From the NCBI GenBank assembly GCA_934097015.1, contig CAKONF010000002.1, forward strand, positions 4,214 through 68,213: DNA of 64,000 bases, written 5' to 3'. The translations under genes were made by a program, and so were the position numbers. Below, piece by piece: positions 39,543 to 49,145 of this stretch (its first letter is position 1; the number at the start of each line of letters is the position of its first letter). This DNA is from an uncultured Bacilli bacterium (GTDB taxonomy: Bacteria; Bacillota_I; Bacilli_A; RF39; UBA660). A model generated the notes under the pieces. It was not told the origin of the DNA. It made no database searches and was given only the letters and a program-made list of their open reading frames with translations.

Positions 39543-40085
39543 TTAATTATTTTTATCAAACAATTCTTGAACAATTAAATCCTTTGAATATAGATTATTG
39601 TTCTTACCTAATAATAAATTTTCATAAAATTTAACTAAATAACTACTATCTTCTTTTATATTTAAATAATTATTAAAATAATTACTTCTTACTAAAGCAT
39701 TTCTAAAATAAACTGATTTATCTTTAAATAAACTATTATCAACTTTATAACCCAAACTAATTAAATACTTTTCAATAAATAAAGCTGTAGTTCTAGTATT
39801 TTCTTCTCTAAAAGGATGGACTTGCCATATACTGGAAGAAAACTTAGTTATGTTATTAATAACTTCAACTATATTCATTTTTTTATAATTTTTTTCTACC
39901 TCTTCTATTGTTAAATTACCTTCTACTTCTTCCACTAATAATCTTTCTAAGTATTTAGAAGGTTTTAAATTATCAACTTCTTGTAATCCAATAGCCATAT
40001 CCCATTGCAACTGTTTTTCATAATTACTAGATTTATAGCTTTCTTCATATTCATTAGCACTCGAATCTAATTCTTTTTCGTCCAT
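39543..40085 (-). CDS. small Fic/Fido-fold protein with a degenerate active-site motif
   Basis: HPFREENTRTTALF, versus the canonical HPFxxGNGRxxR. 180 aa. Confidence 0.6.
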   Translation of the reverse strand: MDEKELDSSANEYEESYKSSNYEKQLQWDMAIGLQEVDNLKPSKYLERLLVEEVEGNLTIEEVEKNYKKMNIVEVINNITKFSSSIWQVHPFREENTRTTALFIEKYLISLGYKVDNSLFKDKSVYFRNALVRSNYFNNYLNIKEDSSYLVKFYENLLLGKNNNLYSKDLIVQELFDKNN

Positions 40086-40129
40086 AATTTAAACCTCCTA
40101 ACTATATATAATCATAACATATATTTGAA

Positions 40130-42187
40130 TTAAATAATCACTAACTCATCATAAATATTTTGTAAAACATTCATGCTATACACAAATATTGGTGGAACAA
40201 TTTTAGAAGATGAATGATTAAATGAATTTATAACAAAATTATATGTGTTATAAAATGATAACAATTTATCGTTATTCAAATATGGAATCAAATCACCAAT
40301 ATTCTCATAATCCATATTTACTTCATTTACTACTTTTGTTTCGAATATTCTTCTAATTTTCATGCCAAGTAAGTATTTATAAATTAAAATATAACAGACA
40401 TCTTTTTTATCAACCAAATTAATATTACCCGAATTAGATTTTACTTTAATATTAATATCATCAAAACTATTTGTTATATTTTCAAAAACTTCTGATACCT
40501 TCTCATTATCATTATCATTTAAATTAAATTTAAAAATAGTATTTATTGAATTCAATAAATCTAATACAATAATGTCCTTTTTAACATGATTAATTGAGTT
40601 TGAAATTATATGATATATATTATCAATTTTAAATGCCAAATTTATAATATCTTGCTCATCATTATATTTTATAAGCAATCTTTCCATGTTAATTTCATTT
40701 CTTAACATAGATGCAAAAGTTATTAAAGAGTATTTATCAACTAGCTTATCACAAATCTTTAATATTAATCCATAATCATATGGATTAACATCCATTTTTG
40801 ATAAAAGTTTATAACTATCATTATAAATCAATATTTCATTGGAATTATTCAATTTATCTAACCAATATATATTAAATTTTTCTAATGTGTTTTTATTAAT
40901 AGAATCAAACAAATATATAGCATACATACTATGTGAAAAAATATTAAATGTATCAATGTCACTAATCGAAGAATTGACTAACTTTACAATTATATTTATT
41001 GAATCTTGTACATATATATCATCATAGCTATCAAAAGGATCATCTACAATAATATTTAATTTGCCAGCAGTCTTTTTTTGATAAACCAATATGTCAAAAT
41101 ATAAAAATTTAAAAAAATTCTGTTCTGATTTAGACATGTTTTTGTATTTAACTTCTGAATTTGTAATTTGTAATTTGCCATCTTCTATTCTTATCTTAAT
41201 ATCACTATTCTTATAAACAGAATGCTGTTCAATTTTATTTTTTATATATTCATATGCTTCTGAAGTTTCCTCTAATCTAAAATCTTTTATTTCTCTCATT
41301 ATAACGTCTAATTCTTTCTTACTTTCTAAATAAGTTTCAATAATCTTTTCATCATAAAAATCTTTTAAATAATAAAGAATTGAACTTTGGATTAATGAAA
41401 TAATTTTATTTTTTTCTTCTTCATATAAACTAGATATTAAAAATTCACTAACGACACTATTTACTTTTTCATCAGAATTTTCTAGATAATAAAGTAATGA
41501 TTGTTTTAATGTATCATCAATAGTACCATTCTCGACACTATTCCTTATTAATTCTATAGATTCGGATGTTATATCATTATAGCATACAGGACATTTTTCA
41601 TATAGTTCACGATTATCCAATATTTTCTTTTGTAAATTATAAATTTCAATATTAACCATACTTTTTATTTTTTCTGGAATTATAATAATTCTATCTTTTA
41701 TTAAAATATCCATTATTTCAAAAAAGTTTAATAAACCAGTTTTAGGCTTTTTAAATAAAGTTTTAATCTCTTCTTCTGTATATAAAGGTTCTTCAAAATC
41801 TCCTTTATATGTAAAGACATCATTATTTATAAATTCGGTGATATAACAAAAATCTATAAATGCTTTTTTAGTATCAGTTGAACATATATCTTTAATATTC
41901 TTCTTGACAGATAGTTTCTTTTTAGAATTTTCATTTTTATTTTTATATTTATTATATTCTTGAACTTTAGGCATTATTTCAAATGAATTATCATCTGTAA
42001 ACTCCTGAATTGACATATTTGAAAGTAAATCATCATCAAATAAAAGTACATTTTCATCACAATCTTCATAATACTTTTTTAATGCCTTTGATACTTGTGT
42101 TTTTCCAATTTTATTAGGTCCATAAAAAATATTATATTTATTATTTATCATATTGATCATATTGCCGTTTTCTAATTGTAAATTCAT
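40130..42187 (-). CDS. AAA_13/ABC-type ATPase with a PrrC/RloC-like C-terminal region (putative anticodon nuclease)
   Basis: Walker A IFYGPNKIGKT, CxxC CPVCYNDI, Walker B/D-loop LNIIVDDPFDSYDD and H-loop-like NIFSHS. The C-terminus has IRRIFE (R-x3-E) and, 46 residues on, INSFNHSSS. Adjacent to the type I R-M operon. Confidence 0.6.
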   Translation of the reverse strand: MNLQLENGNMINMINNKYNIFYGPNKIGKTQVSKALKKYYEDCDENVLLFDDDLLSNMSIQEFTDDNSFEIMPKVQEYNKYKNKNENSKKKLSVKKNIKDICSTDTKKAFIDFCYITEFINNDVFTYKGDFEEPLYTEEEIKTLFKKPKTGLLNFFEIMDILIKDRIIIIPEKIKSMVNIEIYNLQKKILDNRELYEKCPVCYNDITSESIELIRNSVENGTIDDTLKQSLLYYLENSDEKVNSVVSEFLISSLYEEEKNKIISLIQSSILYYLKDFYDEKIIETYLESKKELDVIMREIKDFRLEETSEAYEYIKNKIEQHSVYKNSDIKIRIEDGKLQITNSEVKYKNMSKSEQNFFKFLYFDILVYQKKTAGKLNIIVDDPFDSYDDIYVQDSINIIVKLVNSSISDIDTFNIFSHSMYAIYLFDSINKNTLEKFNIYWLDKLNNSNEILIYNDSYKLLSKMDVNPYDYGLILKICDKLVDKYSLITFASMLRNEINMERLLIKYNDEQDIINLAFKIDNIYHIISNSINHVKKDIIVLDLLNSINTIFKFNLNDNDNEKVSEVFENITNSFDDINIKVKSNSGNINLVDKKDVCYILIYKYLLGMKIRRIFETKVVNEVNMDYENIGDLIPYLNNDKLLSFYNTYNFVINSFNHSSSKIVPPIFVYSMNVLQNIYDELVII

Positions 42188-42203
42188 GTTTTCAACTCCT
42201 CTG

Positions 42204-44477
42204 CTAAATTATAGATTTATAAAAATTTTCAACAATATTTATTGTTTCTAATGTATCATTATCAACATTGGGATTTATATAATTATCTTTGTTAAAGGCA
42301 TCATCTATGTAATCTTCAAATTCTATCATACTAAATGATTTAAGATTCATTTCCATTTCATTAAGTAAATTTATACTCATACCATCACTTTCTAAATTTT
42401 TTATTATTAAAATTTTTATATCATTATATTCACTATATAATATTTCTTCTGCACAGGTTTCTTTTGAATCTTGAGAAAAAATATAATATTTAATTTCTGA
42501 GTCAATTAAATCATCAATTTCATTAATACTACATTTAATTATTTGATTTTGAAGTTTTATTGAAAATTTTGAAAAATTTTTAATAATAATCTTAGTTATA
42601 TTATTATTAAATCCATCAATTGAAAAGGAAATATATTTACCAATGTTACTTGTAAAACTCAATCTTTCCAAAATTTCATTTTCTGCAATAAAATTTTCTC
42701 TTAAAAAACAATCTTCATTATATGAAAATGAATTTTTTTCAGAAAATATTTTATCCTTTATATATGTTGCAAATTCATCGTCTTTTAATATTGAAGCATC
42801 CATTTTTTTTAGGATTTCAAAATTTGTATAATCTAATTCAATTACTTTCTGTTTCCTTTTCTTTATGTCAATTTTATCATTTAGTAGTATATTATCTAAT
42901 TCTTCCTTATTTTCAACTTTATCAATAAAAATTATCATATCATTTGATTTCTTAAATTTGTTAATGCAATAATCCATTACTGAAGGATCATAAAATTTGC
43001 AAATAAAATTATTTCCACTAGCATAAATGCTTACGAATGATTTTTCCAATTTTTTAAGACTTATTTTAAATTCTTCCTCCGTAATATTAAAATGAGATAT
43101 TATTCTATATAAACTATCAACCTTTACTTCATAATTGTTTTTGTACACACTTTTTAAATATATTGCTTTTATAATGAGCCTCTCATTATTTTCTAAGTTA
43201 TTGTTGTATGAATGATCATATATTAAATAAGGATTATCTAGATTTTCAATAAATTTATCAATATAATTATCATCAAAATTGATAAAATCCAACCTTGTCA
43301 TTAACTCTACTAAACGTGGATTATAATTTTTATGATATATAATTCTATATATATTTAATGAATTAGTAATTTTTTCAATATAAAAATTACCTTTTTCAAA
43401 TAAATTATACATACACTTTTGGGGGATGTTTGATAATTTTAAATGCTTTATTAATATACGAGCTTTTTCTGCATAAGTAAACTGAGATGTTTCTATTACA
43501 AATGGTTTTAATCCTAATCTACCAATTTTATCATACTTTTGATTAACATCATTAAAAAAACTAATTCTGGAATTTATGATAATTTTTAAATTTCTGTTTG
43601 TATTTTCAAGTAAAGAGACAATTTCTGAATCAGAAATTGTAGACATAAAATCTATATTATTTGATCCAAATATATCATCAATAAATAATATAAATTTTTC
43701 TTCATCATTATACTCTTGTAAAATATCCTTTAAATTTTTATTAGGAGAATACAATAATTTATAACCAATTTCTAAGTACTTTGCTACCAAAAATTTAGAA
43801 TTATAACTTTTGCCAACTCCTGGATTACCAACAAGTATTAAAAGATTTTTATCTTCTAGATGTTTTATACACTTAGCTGTTATACTTGTTGGAACAAATT
43901 TTTTACAAGTATTTTCTATATCTCTTAAAATTGTTTCTTGTTGATATTTACTATATCCTCCAAATAGTTTTCTTAAATCATCTAATTTAACTGGTAAAAT
44001 GATAGAAGATTTCAGAAAATTTAATACATCATCTATTTTTTCTTCTTGATTTTCTAACAATTTTATAATTTTTTCAAAATTTATTATATCACCATCAATA
44101 GAAAAATTTTTGTATTGACTGAAAGTTTTGATTCTTGGCTTATATGATGAATCTAATAAAAAAAATTTCAGTTTAATAGTTGAATTAAAATTTAATGTTT
44201 CTTTTATCTTCCTAGAATTTGTTTCACTTGTAATTTGAATCCCTATTTTGTTTTTTTCATCTATCAAATCAATATAAGGATAATTGATTTTTTTTAAATT
44301 GCAGTTTTCATAATTACCTATTTCCATAATTTCTAGTAATTTAAGTACAAAATTTTCAATAGATATGTTAATATCTGTATATGCAAAATCATTATTTATT
44401 TTGATAATTGATTCTAGCCAAGAAAAATACTGTATTATGGTTTTAATTTTTTCCTCATTTGATAGCATATATATCAC
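42204..44477 (-). CDS. large P-loop NTPase (STAND/AAA-like) with a SMEK-like N-terminal domain
   Basis: Walker A LILVGNPGVGKSY and Walker B FILFIDDIFG. The N-terminus YTDINISIENFVLKLLEI...INYPYIDLIDEKNKIGIQITSETNSRKIKETL matches my recollection of the SMEK domain pattern. Ends 16 nt upstream of the next gene. Confidence 0.6.
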   Translation of the reverse strand: MIYMLSNEEKIKTIIQYFSWLESIIKINNDFAYTDINISIENFVLKLLEIMEIGNYENCNLKKINYPYIDLIDEKNKIGIQITSETNSRKIKETLNFNSTIKLKFFLLDSSYKPRIKTFSQYKNFSIDGDIINFEKIIKLLENQEEKIDDVLNFLKSSIILPVKLDDLRKLFGGYSKYQQETILRDIENTCKKFVPTSITAKCIKHLEDKNLLILVGNPGVGKSYNSKFLVAKYLEIGYKLLYSPNKNLKDILQEYNDEEKFILFIDDIFGSNNIDFMSTISDSEIVSLLENTNRNLKIIINSRISFFNDVNQKYDKIGRLGLKPFVIETSQFTYAEKARILIKHLKLSNIPQKCMYNLFEKGNFYIEKITNSLNIYRIIYHKNYNPRLVELMTRLDFINFDDNYIDKFIENLDNPYLIYDHSYNNNLENNERLIIKAIYLKSVYKNNYEVKVDSLYRIISHFNITEEEFKISLKKLEKSFVSIYASGNNFICKFYDPSVMDYCINKFKKSNDMIIFIDKVENKEELDNILLNDKIDIKKRKQKVIELDYTNFEILKKMDASILKDDEFATYIKDKIFSEKNSFSYNEDCFLRENFIAENEILERLSFTSNIGKYISFSIDGFNNNITKIIIKNFSKFSIKLQNQIIKCSINEIDDLIDSEIKYYIFSQDSKETCAEEILYSEYNDIKILIIKNLESDGMSINLLNEMEMNLKSFSMIEFEDYIDDAFNKDNYINPNVDNDTLETINIVENFYKSII

Positions 44478-44723
44478 CTCTAATTAAAAAATAAGCAGTA
44501 TCCATCTTAAAAAGATTAAATACTGCTCATCTTTATAAATATATATTATCATACTTCGACATTTTTTTCAGTATTTTCAGGACAATTTACTATTTTTTTA
44601 GTTAAAAAACAAAAAAATAGCATTTATTCTTCAAATAAACACTATTTCTACAATATTTAATATCTTTCTAGATATTTATACTATCTAGCTCGATTGCTTA
44701 AATACAGCCGTCTTAATACCCAA

Positions 44724-45038
44724 TCAAATTATGTAATGGTAAGTAAACTCGCCACCTCCTGCATTTATGTGATTAGATATAATTAGTACATCTTTATCAT
44801 TTCCAAATTTTGATAAAGCTACACCTGGTCTATCATCACTAGTCAAAGTTATATCACTATCGCGTGTTAAAGCAACTGGAATACCCAACTCTTTAAATCT
44901 ATCATACATATATTTACTAATTTCTAAAGTTAAATTTTTCTCAATTATACCATTACCTGAAGCTCCTTGATCTTCTCCGCCATGTCCAGCATCAATAACA
45001 ATACCTTTTAAAGCTCTTGTATAGTTCATTTTAATCAC
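44724..45038 (-). pseudogene. 5' portion of the interrupted amidase (Amidase_3 N-terminal half), ending in element-derived codons
   Basis: MNYTRALKGIVIDAGHGGEDQGASGNGIIEKNLTLEIS...LIISNHINAGGG, then EFTYHYII* read from the element end. No signal peptide. Confidence 0.85.
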
Positions 45039-45181
45039 CTAAAATATTTTATGATAAATTACTTATAGTGTGATAATTATAGTTTTATATTGTACATTGA
45101 TTAATTAACATAATTTAATTTGAATATTTTTAATTGAAATTAATTCGTTTATAAATATTTAATAATTATAATATTTGTTTT

Positions 45182-45607
45182 TTAATCAACATCATCATAA
45201 TAATAATCATTTTCATTTAGTTCTCTGTCACATTTTGATGAAAAATTCCAAGGATTATATCTTCCTTCTCTTACTAAATCTTTTTCAAATTCTTCTAACT
45301 CTAACGCTTCCATTTCTTTTTCTAAATTCTCTTGTGTTTGTTCATCTAAACTATCATAATATGCATATCCAGTCTTTTTCTTTTCTTTTGTAGTATTTAT
45401 AATTTCATTATTCTCATTAGCTTGATTAGATTCACCATTAATATATTTATTTTTTATATTTTCATATTTATTTTTTAACTCATTCTTTTTTTCATGATAT
45501 TCGTCCATTTCATTATAACAAGCTTTTTCAATCACTTTTATTAAATTAGTTTTATAAAATGAAAATTTTCTTTTCATATTATCAATTAATGTTATAGTTG
45601 TTTCCAT
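45182..45607 (-). CDS. hypothetical acidic protein
   Basis: 141-aa ORF, Glu/Asn-rich, with no recognisable motif. Confidence 0.4.
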   Translation of the reverse strand: METTITLIDNMKRKFSFYKTNLIKVIEKACYNEMDEYHEKKNELKNKYENIKNKYINGESNQANENNEIINTTKEKKKTGYAYYDSLDEQTQENLEKEMEALELEEFEKDLVREGRYNPWNFSSKCDRELNENDYYYDDVD

Positions 45608-45777
45608 ACGTAGGTATTATCTAATTTATCAATATTAGAATTATAATATACTATATCTTTTTTTAGTGATTCGATATTGGATTCAATATTAAAATCTTTT
45701 AAATAATTTATATATTTATTATATAATTCTTCTATATTATTTTTGAATTTGTTGAATATATCAACGTTATATTTCAA
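45592..45777 (-). CDS. hypothetical small protein
   Basis: 61-aa ORF overlapping the downstream gene by 16 nt. Confidence 0.35.
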   Translation of the reverse strand: MKYNVDIFNKFKNNIEELYNKYINYLKDFNIESNIESLKKDIVYYNSNIDKLDNTYVWKQL

Positions 45778-46054
45778 TTCTTCTATTAATATATTTTTAT
45801 TAATTTATTATATTTATTAATTATTCTAGCTAATCTGATTGCATAAAACATGGTTTCACCTTCTATTTATACATATTATTTAAAGTAAAAATCTATTAAG
45901 TTAATTATAGTATTTATAATCATAATAATTACGCATCTAATATAGTTATATTCTATGATATTTTTTTGTGCTTTTAACATTTACTTGGAATAATAGCTTA
46001 AATTTATTATTTATATCATTTATAACTCCTCAATTATATGTTAATATATTTTTT

Positions 46055-46252
46055 CTATTTCTTATCATTTTTTGAAATAGCAGCAACCGAAATAATTATT
46101 CCTAATAAATTTAATCCTATACTTATACCTAGTAATAATCCTGATATAAAATCATTAAGATTAGTATAATTTTTACTTAAATAACTTTGTAAAAAATATA
46201 ATACCTCACCTACTATTATTAATATAATTCCTATTTTTGTTTGTTTTTTCAT
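46055..46252 (-). CDS. small 2-TM membrane protein
   Basis: 65 aa with two hydrophobic helices and Lys-rich termini. Confidence 0.45.
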   Translation of the reverse strand: MKKQTKIGIILIIVGEVLYFLQSYLSKNYTNLNDFISGLLLGISIGLNLLGIIISVAAISKNDKK

Positions 46253-46297
46253 ATACTTTCTCCATAATTTAATTATATCTTATTAAAATAAAAAATA

Positions 46298-46486
46298 CTA
46301 GAATTTTCTAGTATTATTTGAAAGAGTTTTTCTTTTTATATCATTTTCTAAAATATTTAATTCTCTTTCTTTAAGTTCATTTTGTTTTTCAATAGCAATA
46401 GCAAGTCTTTTCATTACTTCAGTACTTTTATTAAGTCTATCTATTGAATGTTTTAAACTCATCATTATATCTGTTTCGTATGACAT
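46298..46486 (-). CDS. small coiled-coil protein
   Basis: 62-aa ORF with a GGGGGA-type RBS region upstream (46492-46497 on the plus strand). Confidence 0.35.
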   Translation of the reverse strand: MSYETDIMMSLKHSIDRLNKSTEVMKRLAIAIEKQNELKERELNILENDIKRKTLSNNTRKF

Positions 46487-46582
46487 ATAAAATCCCCCTT
46501 TGGTAAGATGTATTATAGCATAAGTTTTAGTGATGTCAAGAAAATATTTATTAAAGAAAAAAGAACTAGTAAATACTAATTC

Positions 46583-47359
46583 TTATGAACCTGCACTTGT
46601 ATATTTTTTTATGCCTTTTTTAAATAAATATAGAGATGGTATAAGATATAATAAAACTAATAGAGGTGTAAAACAATATAATTTATTATTACTTTTACCT
46701 ACTAAATATAGTAAAGGATAATAATTTATACAGGCATATGGAATAAGATAAGTAAATATAAATCTAAAATACTTATTAAATATTCCTATTGGATATTGTG
46801 CTACATGTTTTCCACCGTCTGTAAATAAATTTCTAACTTCTAAACCTTGTACTGTAATAAAACAATAAGAAGCCATAATTAAGAATATAGAAAAGAATAT
46901 AAAACTAGAAGACAATAACATTAAAATTAGAGTTATTAATTTTAAAATATTAAAATTTATATTTAAATTTATTAAAGATATAAATAGTATTACAATAGCT
47001 TGTATTATTCTTGATATTTTAACAAAGTCTATTTCTGATGCAATACTTTGTATTAATATACTTTGTGGTCTTAGAAGTATTCTATCAAAAGTTCCATTTA
47101 TGATTAAATTATCAAATTGATCTATTCCTCTTGCGAAAACTTCATTCATACTAAAACCGAATTGTACTATACTGAAGCATAATAATACTTCATATAAAGT
47201 AAATCCTTTTATGTTATTAAATTTGGTAAATAAAGCAATAATTATAAAATAATATGTAAAAACTACAAATATTTGTGATATAAATCCTATTATGAATGAT
47301 TTTTTATATTCTAATAAAGATGTTAAATGCATTTTAAATAAACTAAAATATATTTTCAT
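46583..47359 (-). CDS. ABC-2 family transporter permease
   Basis: Six hydrophobic helices. Start/stop overlap with the upstream permease, in an operon with the ATPase. Confidence 0.75.
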   Translation of the reverse strand: MKIYFSLFKMHLTSLLEYKKSFIIGFISQIFVVFTYYFIIIALFTKFNNIKGFTLYEVLLCFSIVQFGFSMNEVFARGIDQFDNLIINGTFDRILLRPQSILIQSIASEIDFVKISRIIQAIVILFISLINLNINFNILKLITLILMLLSSSFIFFSIFLIMASYCFITVQGLEVRNLFTDGGKHVAQYPIGIFNKYFRFIFTYLIPYACINYYPLLYLVGKSNNKLYCFTPLLVLLYLIPSLYLFKKGIKKYTSAGS

Positions 47360-48165
47360 TATCCACCCTGTACTATTACTTTCTTTGATATATTATTTGT
47401 TAATTTATTGCCTATTATTAATAAAACTATTAACCATATTATTGCACCTATTAAATTTGTTAAAATATTTGTTATATTAAAATTTCCTGAATATATTCTA
47501 AATGGTAAATCAGCTATATATCTAAATGGTAATAAATTTGATATAATTCTTAAAAATTTAGGAAAGAATGCTATTGGTATTGTTCCACCTGCAAATATTT
47601 CTCCTATTACCATAAATAAAGTAATTATTCCTTTTTCATCTAAAGTATAAAATATTAATAAATGATAAATCATTGTAAATGCATTAATTAATAAACTAGA
47701 TAGTATCATAAATATTAAAAATAGTATAAACGATCTAATTGAATTTGGTGATGTTAAATTATAAGGCTTTGGTAAGAAGAATGCTATTAGAATAACTAAT
47801 GGACTTCTTAGAATTACTGCTGATAATCTTTCACCGTACATTGATGAAAACCATTTTTTATAAAAATTTATTGGTCTTATAAATTCATAGGATATGTTAC
47901 CATTTTTTATTAAGTTTATTAAATTTTTATCTTTGTACCAAGTATATACTAATGCAAAGAAAGCTTGATTTAACCATAAATAATTTATCAATTCATTTAA
48001 ATTCATGGGTAATTTTGTATTATTTGTTGAAGAATAAAATGCTAGATAGACTGAAATAAATACAAATCCAAAAAAGAATTGAGTACATATTCCAGCTATT
48101 GCTGCTTTTCTATATTGTATACTATTTATAAATCTTAATTTGAATAAAGATATATATGTTTTCAT
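47359..48165 (-). CDS. ABC-2 family transporter permease
   Basis: Polytopic membrane profile. Overlaps the ATPase gene by 4 nt. Confidence 0.75.
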   Translation of the reverse strand: MKTYISLFKLRFINSIQYRKAAIAGICTQFFFGFVFISVYLAFYSSTNNTKLPMNLNELINYLWLNQAFFALVYTWYKDKNLINLIKNGNISYEFIRPINFYKKWFSSMYGERLSAVILRSPLVILIAFFLPKPYNLTSPNSIRSFILFLIFMILSSLLINAFTMIYHLLIFYTLDEKGIITLFMVIGEIFAGGTIPIAFFPKFLRIISNLLPFRYIADLPFRIYSGNFNITNILTNLIGAIIWLIVLLIIGNKLTNNISKKVIVQGG

Positions 48166-49145
48166 ACTTCACAATCTTTATATAATTTTAATATTATATT
48201 ATCTATATTTTCATTTTCTATTTCTATATCTTTTATATCTATTAAATTAGATAAATATTTTAAGAAGTTAGATATGGATAAAAAGTTTGTATCTAATATA
48301 AAATTATATCCATAATCTTTTTTTGTTTGTTTTATTATTCCTTTTTTATTTAATTTATTAAGTTTGTTTTTTGTAATTATTTGTATTTCTTTTGTATTAT
48401 CATATTTCTCTTTTAATTTTTTTATATTTCCATCATATAATATTCGTCCTTTTCCAATAAGTATAATTCTTTTTGCAAGTGCTTCGATATCACTCATATC
48501 GTGCGTTGTTAATATAATAGTTGTATTCATTTCCTTATTGATTTTTTTGATAAAATTTCTTACATTTATTTTACTTTCGGCATCAAGTCCTATAGTAGGT
48601 TCATCTAAAAACAATATGGATGGTTTATGAATAAGTGAAGCAGCAATTTCACAGCGCATCCTTTGACCTAGACTAAGTTGTCTAACAGGAATATTAACTA
48701 TATTTTTCAAGTCTAATAATTCTATTAGTTGTTCCTTAGTTTTATTAAATTCAGATTCATCTAATTTATATATATCTTTTAATAAATCAAATGTATCTAA
48801 TGCAGGAATATCCCACCATAACTGGCTTCGTTGTCCAAATACTACACCGATATTACTAACATATTTGATTCTGTCTTTAGATGGTGATAATCCGTTAATG
48901 TTAATAGTACCTTCGTCTGGTGTAAGTATTCCGCTAAGCATTTTTATAGTAGTACTCTTACCTGCTCCATTAGGTCCAATGTATCCAATAATTTCCCCTT
49001 TTTCTATTTCAAAAGAGACATCTTTGACTGCTTCTATATAGATGTAATTTCTTTTGAAAAATGATTTTAAAGATGCTTTTAATCCAGATTGACGTTTGGC
49101 AACTTTAAAAGTTTTTGATATGTGGTTTACATTGATGAATGACAT
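48162..49145 (-). CDS. ABC transporter ATP-binding protein
   Basis: GPNGAGKSTT (Walker A), LSLGQRMR (signature), ILFLDEPTIGLD (Walker B). Confidence 0.9.
   Translation of the reverse strand: MSFINVNHISKTFKVAKRQSGLKASLKSFFKRNYIYIEAVKDVSFEIEKGEIIGYIGPNGAGKSTTIKMLSGILTPDEGTININGLSPSKDRIKYVSNIGVVFGQRSQLWWDIPALDTFDLLKDIYKLDESEFNKTKEQLIELLDLKNIVNIPVRQLSLGQRMRCEIAASLIHKPSILFLDEPTIGLDAESKINVRNFIKKINKEMNTTIILTTHDMSDIEALAKRIILIGKGRILYDGNIKKLKEKYDNTKEIQIITKNKLNKLNKKGIIKQTKKDYGYNFILDTNFLSISNFLKYLSNLIDIKDIEIENENIDNIILKLYKDCEV

Larger units (their letters stand above)
29385..44748 (-). mobile_element. ~15.4 kb integrated element with a large serine recombinase and defence cargo, inserted in the amidase gene
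   Basis: Core TCGGCACCT (29376-29384) and TCGCCACCT (44749-44757) at the two junctions. The inner ends form an imperfect inverted repeat (GTTTAGTAGCCATT 29390-29403 vs AATGGTAAGTAAAC 44735-44748). The recombinase gene lies near the left end. Boundaries are good to a few bp. Confidence 0.8.

Noticed and set aside
44478-44723. A hairpin AGCAGTAT...ATACTGCT (about 44496-44529) in the right arm of the element as a terminator or ncRNA.
   Set aside because: The loop is 18 nt and there is no adjacent T-run on either strand. It could equally be part of the promoter/operator of the NTPase operon, and there is not enough evidence to call a feature.
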